From NCBI GenBank assembly GCA_040755515.1, contig JBFMAW010000032.1:3148-67147 (forward strand): 64,000 nucleotides of DNA. Direction: 5' to 3'. The notes beneath the pieces were generated by a model. It was not told the DNA's origin. It made no database searches and worked only from the letters and a program-made list of their open reading frames with translations. The stretch comes from Thermodesulfobacteriota bacterium. GTDB lineage: Bacteria; Desulfobacterota; Desulfarculia; Adiutricales; JAGVGV01. This document shows positions 35,834 to 44,444 of this stretch, piece by piece (the first letter of the stretch is position 1; each line of letters starts with the position of its first letter). The position numbers and the translations under genes were made by a program.

Positions 35834-35880
35834 TCGTCTGTTCTCATTTTTTTTATTTTGTGAGAAAAGAGACAAGGTTC

Positions 35881-35910
35881 TTGACATGCATTCGTCCCTA
35901 AGCTTATAGT
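35881..35910 (+). promoter_or_regulatory. Sigma70-like promoter upstream of dsrD
   Basis: TTGACA, 18 nt, TATAGT. Confidence 0.5.
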
Positions 35911-35956
35911 CCAAAGGGCAAAATAATCGGCCTGCGGGCTAACGGGAGGTAGATGA

Positions 35957-36187
35957 ATGGACGAAGCTGAAATCAAACAGAAGATACTGGACTTTTTGGA
36001 GAAGAAATCTGCCGTCGGCAAGAAAATGCACTATCTGAGTGACGTGGCCAAGGGTATAGACATGAAAAAGAAAGATATTAAAGACGTTGTCCAGGCCATG
36101 ATAGAAAAGGGCGAGATCGAGCCGTGGTCCAGCGGCAGCACGACCTACTACATGCTACCCGGCGCCCGCGACACGGAAAATCTCTGA
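35957..36187 (+). CDS. dsrD: DsrD, small winged-helix protein of dissimilatory sulfite reductase loci
   Basis: 76 aa. KQKILDFLEKKS...KKDIKDVVQAMIEKGEIEPWSSGSTTYYMLPG parallels Desulfovibrio DsrD as I recall it (..YWSSGSTTMYGL..). Confidence 0.75.
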   Translation: MDEAEIKQKILDFLEKKSAVGKKMHYLSDVAKGIDMKKKDIKDVVQAMIEKGEIEPWSSGSTTYYMLPGARDTENL

Positions 36188-36309
36188 TCCTCACCGCCGA
36201 TTTTTGACGGTCCAGGATATATCTATCAATATCGGTCCTGGCCAGAGTTGGTTCGGCCGGCGATTCAAACTTGCTGGCCGGGGATAAGAGATTGCCTCCG
36301 GAATTTTAA

Positions 36310-36339
36310 TTGACAAAGCGGGCGGCCGTTATCTATAAT
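36310..36339 (+). promoter_or_regulatory. Near-consensus sigma70 promoter for dsrAB
   Basis: TTGACA, 18 nt, TATAAT, about 240 nt upstream of the dsrA ATG. Confidence 0.6.
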
Positions 36340-36581
36340 CCCGACCGACGCTGGCTGGTAAAATATAATCTAAAATTCATCACATCAGCCTATCCCCGCC
36401 TGGAACGGAATCAAAGGGAGCGGGCTTTTTCGGGTTGTAGTAAGTGAAAAAAAGAACGGGGCCGGGTGACGCCTTGGGCTGTATCCGCCGGTCCTGGGAT
36501 GGGATTTCGCTTTTATCAGGCAAGAACACTGGCCGGAGTCGGCCGCACCGTGATTACCGCAAACCATGACTGGAGGTACCT

Positions 36582-37838
36582 ATGGAATTAACGCACAAGA
36601 CTCCTCTTCTGGACGATCTGGAGAAGGGTCCATTCCCGAGCTTCGTCAAGGAACTGAAACGCGCGGCCGTGGAGGGAAACAGCGCCACGGCCAACGACCT
36701 TCTGGGCCAGCTCGAGCTGTCCTACAAGCAGAAGGTCGGACACTGGAAGCACGGCGGCATCGTCGGCGTGCTGGGATACGGCGGCGGGGTAATCGGCCGT
36801 TACTCGGACGTTCCGCACATGTTCCCGGCGGTGGAACATTTCCACACCATGCGTATCAACCAACCGGCCGGTTTTTTCTATTCCAGCAAGGCCCTGAACA
36901 CGCTGTGCGACATCTGGGACAAATACGGCAGCAAGATCACCAACATGCACGGCTCGACCGGCGACATCATTTTCCTGGGCACCCGCACCGAGAACCTCGA
37001 GCCCTGCTTCACCGAGTTGATCGAGCATGGCTTTGATCTGGGCGGCTCCGGATCGGCCCTGCGCACTCCGAATTGCTGCGTGGGCAAAGCCCGCTGCGAA
37101 TGGTCCTGTCTCGATACCAGCGACATCTGTTATAGCGTGACCATGACTTACCAGGACGAGATGCACCGGCCGGCCTGGCCTTACAAGTTCAAGGTCAAGA
37201 TTTCCGGCTGCCCCAACGACTGCGTGGCGGCCATCGCCCGATCCGACTGCGCCGTTATCGGCACCTGGCGGGACGATATCCGCGTCAACCAGGCCGAAGT
37301 CAAGAAGTACGCCGATTCCGGTTTCAAGATCCAGAAGTACGTGGTCGAACTTTGCCCCACCAAGTGCATCGTCTATGCCGACGGCGCCATCAAGATTGAC
37401 AACAAGAACTGCACCCGCTGCATGCACTGCATCAACACCCTGCCCAAGGCTCTCCGGCCCGGCACCGACACCGGCGCCACCATCCTCATCGGCGCCAAGG
37501 CCCCCATCCTGGAAGGCGCCCAGATGGGCGCGGTGGTCATCCCCTTCATGAAGATGGACGGCGGCGGCGACGACGTAACCGAACAGTATCGCGAGTTCAA
37601 GGACTTCCTGAATAAGCTGCTGGAGTGGTGGGACGAGGAAGGCAAGAACCGCGAACGCGCCGGCGAATTGATTCAGCGGGTGGGTTACCGGGCCTTCCTG
37701 GAGGCCGTCGAGATTGACCCGATTCCGCAGATGATCAAAGAGCCGCGGTCCAACCCCTACATCTTCTTCAAGGAAGAAGACGTGGAAGGCGGTTGGGAGC
37801 GCAACCTTGAAGAATTCCGCGCCAGGCATCAGGCTTAA
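36582..37838 (+). CDS. dsrA: Dissimilatory sulfite reductase alpha subunit
   Basis: 418 aa. [20 protein letters not shown]...[24 protein letters not shown], with siroheme/Fe-S Cys motifs and a ferredoxin insert (CPTKC...CTRCMHC). GGAGG RBS upstream. Confidence 0.93.
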   Translation: MELTHKTPLLDDLEKGPFPSFVKELKRAAVEGNSATANDLLGQLELSYKQKVGHWKHGGIVGVLGYGGGVIGRYSDVPHMFPAVEHFHTMRINQPAGFFYSSKALNTLCDIWDKYGSKITNMHGSTGDIIFLGTRTENLEPCFTELIEHGFDLGGSGSALRTPNCCVGKARCEWSCLDTSDICYSVTMTYQDEMHRPAWPYKFKVKISGCPNDCVAAIARSDCAVIGTWRDDIRVNQAEVKKYADSGFKIQKYVVELCPTKCIVYADGAIKIDNKNCTRCMHCINTLPKALRPGTDTGATILIGAKAPILEGAQMGAVVIPFMKMDGGGDDVTEQYREFKDFLNKLLEWWDEEGKNRERAGELIQRVGYRAFLEAVEIDPIPQMIKEPRSNPYIFFKEEDVEGGWERNLEEFRARHQA

Positions 37839-37859
37839 TTAGTTGAGGAGGTAACGAAC

Positions 37860-38957
37860 ATGGCAGAAGCTCCCAAAAGGAAGACGCATATCGGGCCGCC
37901 CAAGTACGACACCATGTGGCCTGATTTCATAAAGAAAAATTACGGCAAGTGGCTCTACCACGAAGAACTCAAACCCGGCGTGCTCAAGCACGTCTCCGAG
38001 ACCGGCGACAAGGTGTACACCGTGCGCGTCGCCGGCACCCGCCTCATGAGCACCCTGACCATCCGGGACCTGGCCAAGATCGCCGACCAGTTCTGCGGCG
38101 GTTACCTGCGCTTCACCACCCGGAACAACGTCGAGTTCATGGTCACCGACGAAGGCCAGCTCAAGGCCCTCCAGGACAAGCTCAAGGCCGACGGCTGGCT
38201 GATCGGCGGCACCGGCGCGGGCATCACCAACATCGTCCACACCCAGGGCTGGGTCCACTGCCATACCCCGGCCATAGACGCCTCGGGCATCGTCAAGGCG
38301 GTCATGGACGAACTGGCGGATTACTTCACCACCAAGAGGCTGCCGGGCAAGCTGCGCATCTCCCTGGCCTGCTGCCTGAACATGTGCGGCGCGGTCCACT
38401 GCTCGGACATCTCCATCCTGGGCATTCACCGCAAGCCGCCCCTGATCGAGCACGACCGTCTGGTCAACGTCTGTGAAATCCCGACCACCATAGCCGCCTG
38501 CCCGACCGCGGCCATCAAGCCCTACAACTTCGAGGAAGGCGGCAAGAAGTACAAGTCGGTCCAGGTCAACAACGAGCGGTGCATGTTCTGCGGCAACTGC
38601 TACACCATGTGCCCGGCCATGCCGCTGGCCGACCCGCAAGGCGACGGCATCGCTTTGTGGGTGGGCGGCAAGGTTTCCAATGCCCGCTCCATGCCCAAGT
38701 TCTCGAAACTGGCCGTCCCCTTTCTGCCCAACAACCCGCCGCGCTGGCCGGAAACCGTGGAAAAGGTCAAGGTCATGGTGGAAACCTACGCGGCCAACGC
38801 CCGGCCGTTTGAACGGATGGGCGAATGGATCGAGCGGATCGGCTGGGAAAGATGGTTCGACCTGACCGGCTTCGAATTCACTCATTTCCATATTGACGAC
38901 TATCGCTTTGCCGCCACCACTTGGCGGACCAGCACCCAGTTCAAGTTCAGCGAATAA
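37860..38957 (+). CDS. dsrB: Dissimilatory sulfite reductase beta subunit
   Basis: 365 aa. [21 protein letters not shown]...[10 protein letters not shown], Cys clusters [11 protein letters not shown] and [11 protein letters not shown], and ferredoxin motif [12 protein letters not shown]. Confidence 0.93.
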   Translation: MAEAPKRKTHIGPPKYDTMWPDFIKKNYGKWLYHEELKPGVLKHVSETGDKVYTVRVAGTRLMSTLTIRDLAKIADQFCGGYLRFTTRNNVEFMVTDEGQLKALQDKLKADGWLIGGTGAGITNIVHTQGWVHCHTPAIDASGIVKAVMDELADYFTTKRLPGKLRISLACCLNMCGAVHCSDISILGIHRKPPLIEHDRLVNVCEIPTTIAACPTAAIKPYNFEEGGKKYKSVQVNNERCMFCGNCYTMCPAMPLADPQGDGIALWVGGKVSNARSMPKFSKLAVPFLPNNPPRWPETVEKVKVMVETYAANARPFERMGEWIERIGWERWFDLTGFEFTHFHIDDYRFAATTWRTSTQFKFSE

Positions 38958-38961
38958 GGAG

Positions 38962-39177
38962 ATGGATCGCGAAGACTTGAAAAAACAAGTCTTCGAGCTG
39001 GTGACCCAAAGCCAGAAACGACTGAAGCCCGGCGACTTGGCCCGCACCCTGGCCAGGTCGCTGGGCATTGACAAAAAAGAAGTCAAGACAGCCATCGCCG
39101 AACTGGCTTCGGAAGGCAAGATCGTTTACACCTACGCCGGACATAGCTGGATCGAAATACCGGCGGATAAAGAGTGA
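38962..39177 (+). CDS. Small winged-helix protein in the canonical dsrD position (DsrD-like paralog)
   Basis: 71 aa starting at ATG 38962 after AAGGAG. KKQVFELV...LKPGDLARTLARSLGIDKKEVKTAIAELASEGKIVYTYAGHSWIEIP has DsrD-like size and helix-turn-wing layout but lacks the WSSGSTT motif. Confidence 0.55.
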   Translation: MDREDLKKQVFELVTQSQKRLKPGDLARTLARSLGIDKKEVKTAIAELASEGKIVYTYAGHSWIEIPADKE

Positions 39178-40598
39178 TCTCCTCCTGCCCTCGCCTCATC
39201 GTGGCCGCGCTCCGCGGCGGCTGCGGCAAGACCACCATCTCCCTGGGGATCATCTCCGCCTGGCGTCGCGCCGGGCGGCGAATCATCCCTTTTAAAAAAG
39301 GTCCGGACTATATTGACGCGGGTTGGTTGGCCCAGGCCGCCGGCCGGCCCTGCTTCAACCTCGATCCCTATCTCATGACCCCGGAACAGATTGTCCGTTC
39401 CTTCGGCCACCGCGCCTCCGGAAACCATGACGGCGCGCTGATCGAAGGCAATCGCGGCCTGTTCGACGGTACCGACGAAGCCGGCACGTACTCGACGGCC
39501 GAACTGGCCAAACTCCTGAAGACGCCCATCATCCTGGTCGTGGACTGCACCAAGGCCACCAGGACCCTGGCCGCCGTGGTGTACGGCTGCCGGCTCTTCG
39601 ACCCCGGGCTGGACCTGGCCGGCGTGATCCTCAACCAGGTTGCCACCCGCCGGCAGGAGACCTTGGTGCGCCACGTCATCGAGGCCCAGGCCGGCGTGCC
39701 GGTCCTGGGCGCCGTGCCCAGGCTCAGGGACCACGACCTCCCGGAAAGGCACCTGGGGCTGATCCCGCACCAGGAACACCCGGCGGCGACTAAAGCCCTC
39801 GATCTGCTGGCCGAACTGATAAAAGACAGCGTGGACCTGAAAAGGCTTGAAACCCTGGCCGCCGCGGCGCCCGATATCGATTCCGCCCTCGATCCCTGGA
39901 CCTGGCCGACCTCGGCCGGCCCGGTCGGCGTAAGGATCGGCGTCATCCGCGATTCCGCCTTCCAGTTCTATTACCCGGAAAACCTCGAGGCCCTCGAGCG
40001 CCTGGGCGCACGCCTGGTGGTATTTTCCTCGCTGGACGCGGATCGCCTGCCGGACGTGGACGGCCTCTATCTCGGCGGAGGCTTTCCGGAAACCCACGCC
40101 GAAATCCTGGCCGGCAACCAGGGACTGAGAACCTCGATCCGGAAAGAGGCCCTGGCCGGCCTGCCCATATACGCCGAATGCGGCGGGCTCATGTACCTCG
40201 GCCAAAGCCTGGTCCTGAATGGATCGTCCTTTCCCATGGCCGGCGTCTTTCCGGTCAGCTTCGGCCTGGAAAAACGTCCCCAGGGCCACGGCTACGTCCA
40301 GGCCGAAGCCGACTCGATCAATCCTTACTTCCCCGTGGGCGAAAAACTGACCGGCCACGAGTTCCATTATTCCCGACCCCTGGAACACGACCCGGACCAG
40401 GTGAAGCTGGCGCTGAAGGTCGACCGCGGTCACGGCTTCCACCAGGGCCGCGACGGGTTGCTTGCCCATAACGTCCTGGCCGCTTATACTCACCTCCATG
40501 CCCTGACCAACATCCGCTGGGCCGAATCCCTGGTGCGTCTGGCCGCGGCCCGCCGTTCGCGGGATGTGGCCGTCGAGGAGGAAGAACATGGACCTTAA
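39174..40598 (+). CDS. dsrN: DsrN, cobyrinate a,c-diamide synthase homolog (siroheme amidase)
   Basis: 474 aa. It has the CbiA-type ATPase N-terminus AALRGGCGKTTISLGI and a glutamine amidotransferase domain with YAECGGLMYLG. The GTG start overlaps the upstream stop. Confidence 0.85.
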   Translation: MISSCPRLIVAALRGGCGKTTISLGIISAWRRAGRRIIPFKKGPDYIDAGWLAQAAGRPCFNLDPYLMTPEQIVRSFGHRASGNHDGALIEGNRGLFDGTDEAGTYSTAELAKLLKTPIILVVDCTKATRTLAAVVYGCRLFDPGLDLAGVILNQVATRRQETLVRHVIEAQAGVPVLGAVPRLRDHDLPERHLGLIPHQEHPAATKALDLLAELIKDSVDLKRLETLAAAAPDIDSALDPWTWPTSAGPVGVRIGVIRDSAFQFYYPENLEALERLGARLVVFSSLDADRLPDVDGLYLGGGFPETHAEILAGNQGLRTSIRKEALAGLPIYAECGGLMYLGQSLVLNGSSFPMAGVFPVSFGLEKRPQGHGYVQAEADSINPYFPVGEKLTGHEFHYSRPLEHDPDQVKLALKVDRGHGFHQGRDGLLAHNVLAAYTHLHALTNIRWAESLVRLAAARRSRDVAVEEEEHGP

Positions 40599-41226
40599 AG
40601 ACCGGGTCCGCGACCTGCTGGCGGCTAATGATCGGGAAGGACTCCTGACCCTGCTGAAAAAAGACCGGAAAGTGGTCCCGGCCCTCAACCGCCTGCTCTT
40701 CGACCAGGAAGAGATCATCGCCTGGCGGGCGGTCGAGGCCTTGGGCTGGGTGGCCCGGGCAGACCAGTGGCTCTTGGAAAAGATCATCGGCCGGCTGATC
40801 TATACCTTGAACGAAGACTCGGGCAGCGTCGGTTGGATGGCCCCCCAGGCCCTGGCGGAAATATGCGTCCAGGCGCCCGACCTGGTGGAAGATTTCTTTC
40901 CCCAGGTGATCAACTCGATGAAAATGCCGGTCTTCCGGCCCGGCGTGGTCTGGGCTATAGGCCGGGTGGCCAGGGATTTACCCCACTTGGTGGCGGAAAC
41001 CGGCCCGGCCCTGATGGAATGCCTTTCCGACCCCAATCCCCAGGTCCGAGGCCTGGCCGGCCGGGCTCTGGGCCGATTAGGCCGCGCTCCCTCGCTGGTC
41101 GAACTCGAGCGGCTGACCCAGGACCAGGCCCGTTTGATCGTGTTCGAAGAGGGCCGGCTTGAGGAAAAGACCGTGGCCGAACTGGCGCGGGAGGCCCTGG
41201 CGGCCTTGAGAACCGGTCATGGTTGA
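40588..41226 (+). CDS. HEAT/PBS-lyase-like repeat protein
   Basis: 212 aa from ATG 40588 after GAGGAGGAAG. WRAVEALGWV, VVWAIGRVA and DPNPQVRGLAGRALGRLG are HEAT-like repeats. Confidence 0.65.
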   Translation: MDLKDRVRDLLAANDREGLLTLLKKDRKVVPALNRLLFDQEEIIAWRAVEALGWVARADQWLLEKIIGRLIYTLNEDSGSVGWMAPQALAEICVQAPDLVEDFFPQVINSMKMPVFRPGVVWAIGRVARDLPHLVAETGPALMECLSDPNPQVRGLAGRALGRLGRAPSLVELERLTQDQARLIVFEEGRLEEKTVAELAREALAALRTGHG

Positions 41227-41252
41227 ATCGTTCGCGCCGACCCGCTAGGCCC

Positions 41253-42050
41253 ATGTCCTACTTGCTTTTCGGTGTCCTGCCCTATTTCGCCGCGGCCTTG
41301 TTTCTGGGAGGCCTGGCGGCCAGGGTCTCGGAGTGGCGACGAACGCCGGTCCCGCTCTGGCTGGCGCTGCCGCCCGTTCCCCCGTCAAAATCCGCGGCCG
41401 CCCGACGACTCGTGGTTGATGCTTTACTCTTCCGGCCGCTGAGAAAGCGGGACTTTCTTCTCTGGCTGGGCGCCGTCCTTTTCCATTACAGCCTGTTGCT
41501 GGCCCTGCTGGGACACTTGCGCTTCTTTGTTTATCCCGTGCCGATATGGATCAGTCTACTTCAATACCCGGCCGCGGCCGCCTCCCTGGTTCTGCCGGCC
41601 TCGCTTTTTCTGTTGTTCTTCAGAAGGCTGGTTATTAATCGCCTGATTTCCACTTGGACCGACTACCTGCCCCTGGGGCTCATCCTGGCTTCGGTCCTGA
41701 CCGGCCTGGCCCTCAAATACCTGGCCCGAGAGAACCTGGTCGAAGTCAAGGCCATGACCTTGGGCCTGGTCCTGATCAGGCCTTACCTGCCCCGCGACCT
41801 ATCGTGGCTCTTTTACCTGCATTTTCTTCTGGCCCTGACCCTGATGGCTTATTGCCCTTTTTCCAAGCTTATCCACGGGCTAGGTCTGTTTTTTTCTCCC
41901 TTGAACCACCAGGCCGACGACCCCGGCCGCCGGCGGCACGTCAACCCGTGGGACGCCGAAGAACCGGCTGACTGGCCCTTGTCCCGGACAATGGAGGAAG
42001 AACCGGGCCGGACGATCCGGGCCGGAACACGGGCCTCGAACCAGGGTTGA
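41253..42050 (+). CDS. dsrM: DsrM, NarI-like membrane cytochrome b
   Basis: About 5 TM helices with conserved His (LFHYSLLLALLGHLRFF). It is directly upstream of dsrK. The start is uncertain (TTG 41223 or ATG 41253). Confidence 0.75.
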   Translation: MSYLLFGVLPYFAAALFLGGLAARVSEWRRTPVPLWLALPPVPPSKSAAARRLVVDALLFRPLRKRDFLLWLGAVLFHYSLLLALLGHLRFFVYPVPIWISLLQYPAAAASLVLPASLFLLFFRRLVINRLISTWTDYLPLGLILASVLTGLALKYLARENLVEVKAMTLGLVLIRPYLPRDLSWLFYLHFLLALTLMAYCPFSKLIHGLGLFFSPLNHQADDPGRRRHVNPWDAEEPADWPLSRTMEEEPGRTIRAGTRASNQG

Positions 42051-42056
42051 AACGAC

Positions 42057-43502
42057 GTGGCCGGCCCTTGCCCCCTACCGCCCCGGACCGCTCCGGCCTC
42101 ACGGCCGCTCGGCCGGCCGGCCGATCACCTTGACCTCGATCTGCCCGAACAACCGCCGGCCGACTGGCCGAACCGATTCCTGGCCGCCTTCGGCCGGCGA
42201 CTGGAACGCTACCGATCCTTCAAGCTCTGCCTGGACCTCTGCGTCGGATGCGGCGCCTGTGCCGAAGCCTGTCCCCTGTACCAAACGACCAGCGACCCGA
42301 TGGTCTCGCCGGCGGCCATGATCGCCCTGGCCCGGCGGGTTTACGCGCGGTTCTTCACCGCGGCCGGCCGGATCGGTTCGGCGCTGAGCCGTCGGGCTTT
42401 ATTGACCGAAGAATTCCTGAACCATTTGTTTGACCGCTTCCACCAGTGCCTGACCTGCCGGCGCTGCGCCCTATTCTGCCCCCTGGGGCTCGATCCGTCG
42501 GAAGTCGCCTTGGCCGGACGGGAAATATTGGCCGAGACCGGTCTGACGGCCTCGGGCCTCTCCGGACCGGCCGCGGCCCAGGTTCGGACCGGCAATCCTT
42601 TCGGCTTTACGGCCGAGGACTTGCTCCAAGCCTGCGCCGACCTGGAACAAAGAATCTTCCAGGAAACCGGACTGGCCGTCCGTCTGCCGGTGGACGAGAC
42701 CAGGGCCGAAGTCATGCTCCTGGTCCCGGCCGCCGACATCTTTACCAACCCGGAAGTCATGATCACGTACGCCAAGACCTTGCACGCGGCCGGCATAAGG
42801 TGGACCATCAGCACTCGCGCCGCCGAAGCCGATAATCCAGGCTATCTACTGGGGTACAGGCACATGAAGAGGCTCGGCCGGGGGATCGTGGAAGCCGCCC
42901 AGGATTTAGAACCAAGAGGATTGGTCTGGGGAGAAGCCGGCTTGGGCTGGCGCGTGGCCCGCTCCTTTCTGGATACCCTGACCGGACCTTTATCCGGCTT
43001 GGGTTTCCTCGGGACGGGGCGGCCGCGCCATATAACGGAACTGACCGCGGACCTGATTCGTCGCGGCGCCTTTGCGGGCAAGCTCGATCCGGAAGTGAAC
43101 GGCCGGCGTCTGTTCACCTATCATGATCCCTGCCAAGCGGCCCGGGGGGCCGGACTGTTCGATCCGCCCCGCGAGGTTCTCCGCTCCGCGGTCCTGGAAT
43201 TCAGGGAGATGCGGCCGGACGCCGTCCGCGAAATGACCCTGTGCTGCGGCGGAGGCGGTGGCCGGAACGGCCTGGGACCGGAATATTGGTCCGCCGGCCG
43301 GCCCAGGGCCGAAGCCTTCCGCGATAGCGGGGCCCAGGCCTTGGCCACCATCTGCCACGTCTGCCGGATGGTCCTTCCGGCCGTGTTGAAGGCCCATATC
43401 GAGCGGGAGGCGCCCGTATTCAGCGTCATGGAACTCTTCGGGCGGGCCCTGACGCCGTACCTGACCGGACTCACGCTGAAAGACGAACCGGCGATAATAT
43501 GA
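42057..43502 (+). CDS. dsrK: DsrK, HdrD-like catalytic Fe-S subunit
   Basis: CVGCGACAEACPLY and CLTCRRCALFCPLG, plus CCG-domain motifs YHDPCQAARG and TLCCGGGGG. GTG start. Confidence 0.88.
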   Translation: MAGPCPLPPRTAPASRPLGRPADHLDLDLPEQPPADWPNRFLAAFGRRLERYRSFKLCLDLCVGCGACAEACPLYQTTSDPMVSPAAMIALARRVYARFFTAAGRIGSALSRRALLTEEFLNHLFDRFHQCLTCRRCALFCPLGLDPSEVALAGREILAETGLTASGLSGPAAAQVRTGNPFGFTAEDLLQACADLEQRIFQETGLAVRLPVDETRAEVMLLVPAADIFTNPEVMITYAKTLHAAGIRWTISTRAAEADNPGYLLGYRHMKRLGRGIVEAAQDLEPRGLVWGEAGLGWRVARSFLDTLTGPLSGLGFLGTGRPRHITELTADLIRRGAFAGKLDPEVNGRRLFTYHDPCQAARGAGLFDPPREVLRSAVLEFREMRPDAVREMTLCCGGGGGRNGLGPEYWSAGRPRAEAFRDSGAQALATICHVCRMVLPAVLKAHIEREAPVFSVMELFGRALTPYLTGLTLKDEPAII

Positions 43503-43867
43503 AAAATACCCGACCGCGCCTCCCCCACCTGAAAGTCCGGACCGGGCTGGCCGCGTTCCTGCTTCTGGCCGGTCTGCTTGCCTGGCTGGGAACCTGGCGC
43601 GCCGCCAACGATACCCGGCCTCTCTGGCCGGCCGTGTCCGCGGCGGACCGAGGGGAAGCGAAGCCATGGCCCCGGACGCCCGAGTATCACCTGCCCCTGG
43701 CTTGGTGGCGGGCCGATCATGGCTCCCATATCGAAACCGGACGCATCGGCGGCCGGCGGCCCTTTCATGTCCTGGAGTGCCGGTCGTGCCACCGGCTTAG
43801 GCAATTTTGTCATCCCTGCCATGCCTACGTGGGCGGATGGCCGACCGGAGGGTTCCTTGTGCCTTAG
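43499..43867 (+). CDS. Membrane-anchored dihaem c-type cytochrome (DsrJ-like position)
   Basis: 122 aa. It has an N-terminal hydrophobic anchor GLAAFLLLAGLLAWLG and two CxxCH motifs (CRSCH, CHPCH). Its ATGA start overlaps the dsrK stop. Confidence 0.6.
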   Translation: MKNTRPRLPHLKVRTGLAAFLLLAGLLAWLGTWRAANDTRPLWPAVSAADRGEAKPWPRTPEYHLPLAWWRADHGSHIETGRIGGRRPFHVLECRSCHRLRQFCHPCHAYVGGWPTGGFLVP

Positions 43868-44411
43868 ATTTACCATCCTGGTCCTGGCCGTAACCCTGGC
43901 CCACCTGGTTATCTTATCTCCGGCCCGGGCCGGGGAGACCCGCTGCTTCCAATGCCACCTCAGAGGAGAGTTTTCGGCAACCCCAGGCTGGACCTTCCGG
44001 TTCGCCGAAACCCAGGACCAGGGCCGTAACTGTCCGGGCTTGTCCATCTTCCGGGACCAGGCTTTTCTCACGGAAACGAGACTCGAATCCCTGGAATCCT
44101 GGGTCCTGAAGCTTGACGGCTCCGGCGGCCGATATCACCGGGCCTGGCGTGACCTCAGGAGCGAATACCTGGGGTGGTTAAGCGAACCGTTGACCGACGC
44201 CGGCCTTTTCGCCAAACGCGCTTCCGGATTGCGGGGGAGACTGGATAAAGAGGTATTCAGGCCCCTCGAGGCCCGTGAGACCAGGCGTCGTTGGCTAATA
44301 GGCCTGGGCTTATTCCTGATCATGACCTTGCCGCCGGCGGCCCTCGTCCGGTTCAAATACCATCGCCGGAGGCCGGCCTTTTCGGGCCCGAACAGGGACG
44401 AGCCGGCCTGA
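43821..44411 (+). CDS. Monohaem c-type cytochrome with signal peptide and C-terminal TM anchor
   Basis: Signal-like FTILVLAVTLAHLVILSPARA/GE, then CFQCH, with a C-terminal helix WLIGLGLFLIMTLPPAAL. The start is uncertain (ATG 43821 or TTG 43857; the track ORF begins at 43578). Confidence 0.5.
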   Translation: MPTWADGRPEGSLCLRFTILVLAVTLAHLVILSPARAGETRCFQCHLRGEFSATPGWTFRFAETQDQGRNCPGLSIFRDQAFLTETRLESLESWVLKLDGSGGRYHRAWRDLRSEYLGWLSEPLTDAGLFAKRASGLRGRLDKEVFRPLEARETRRRWLIGLGLFLIMTLPPAALVRFKYHRRRPAFSGPNRDEPA

Positions 44412-44444
44412 TTTTATATATTGACTTTCTGAAAGGATTGGGTA

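Noticed and set aside
36395-36430. A hairpin plus T-run in the dsrA leader as an intrinsic terminator or attenuator.
   Set aside because: The stem is only 5 bp (CCCGC/GCGGG), with a ~20-nt loop and 5 T residues. That is too weak to call as a feature, so I mention it only within the leader finding.
43499-44411. A single trihaem DsrJ gene broken by a frameshift.
   Set aside because: This is possible, but the second ORF carries its own signal-peptide-like segment with an AxA-type site (SPARA/GE), which argues for an independent exported protein. I kept it as an open question in the findings rather than calling a pseudogene.
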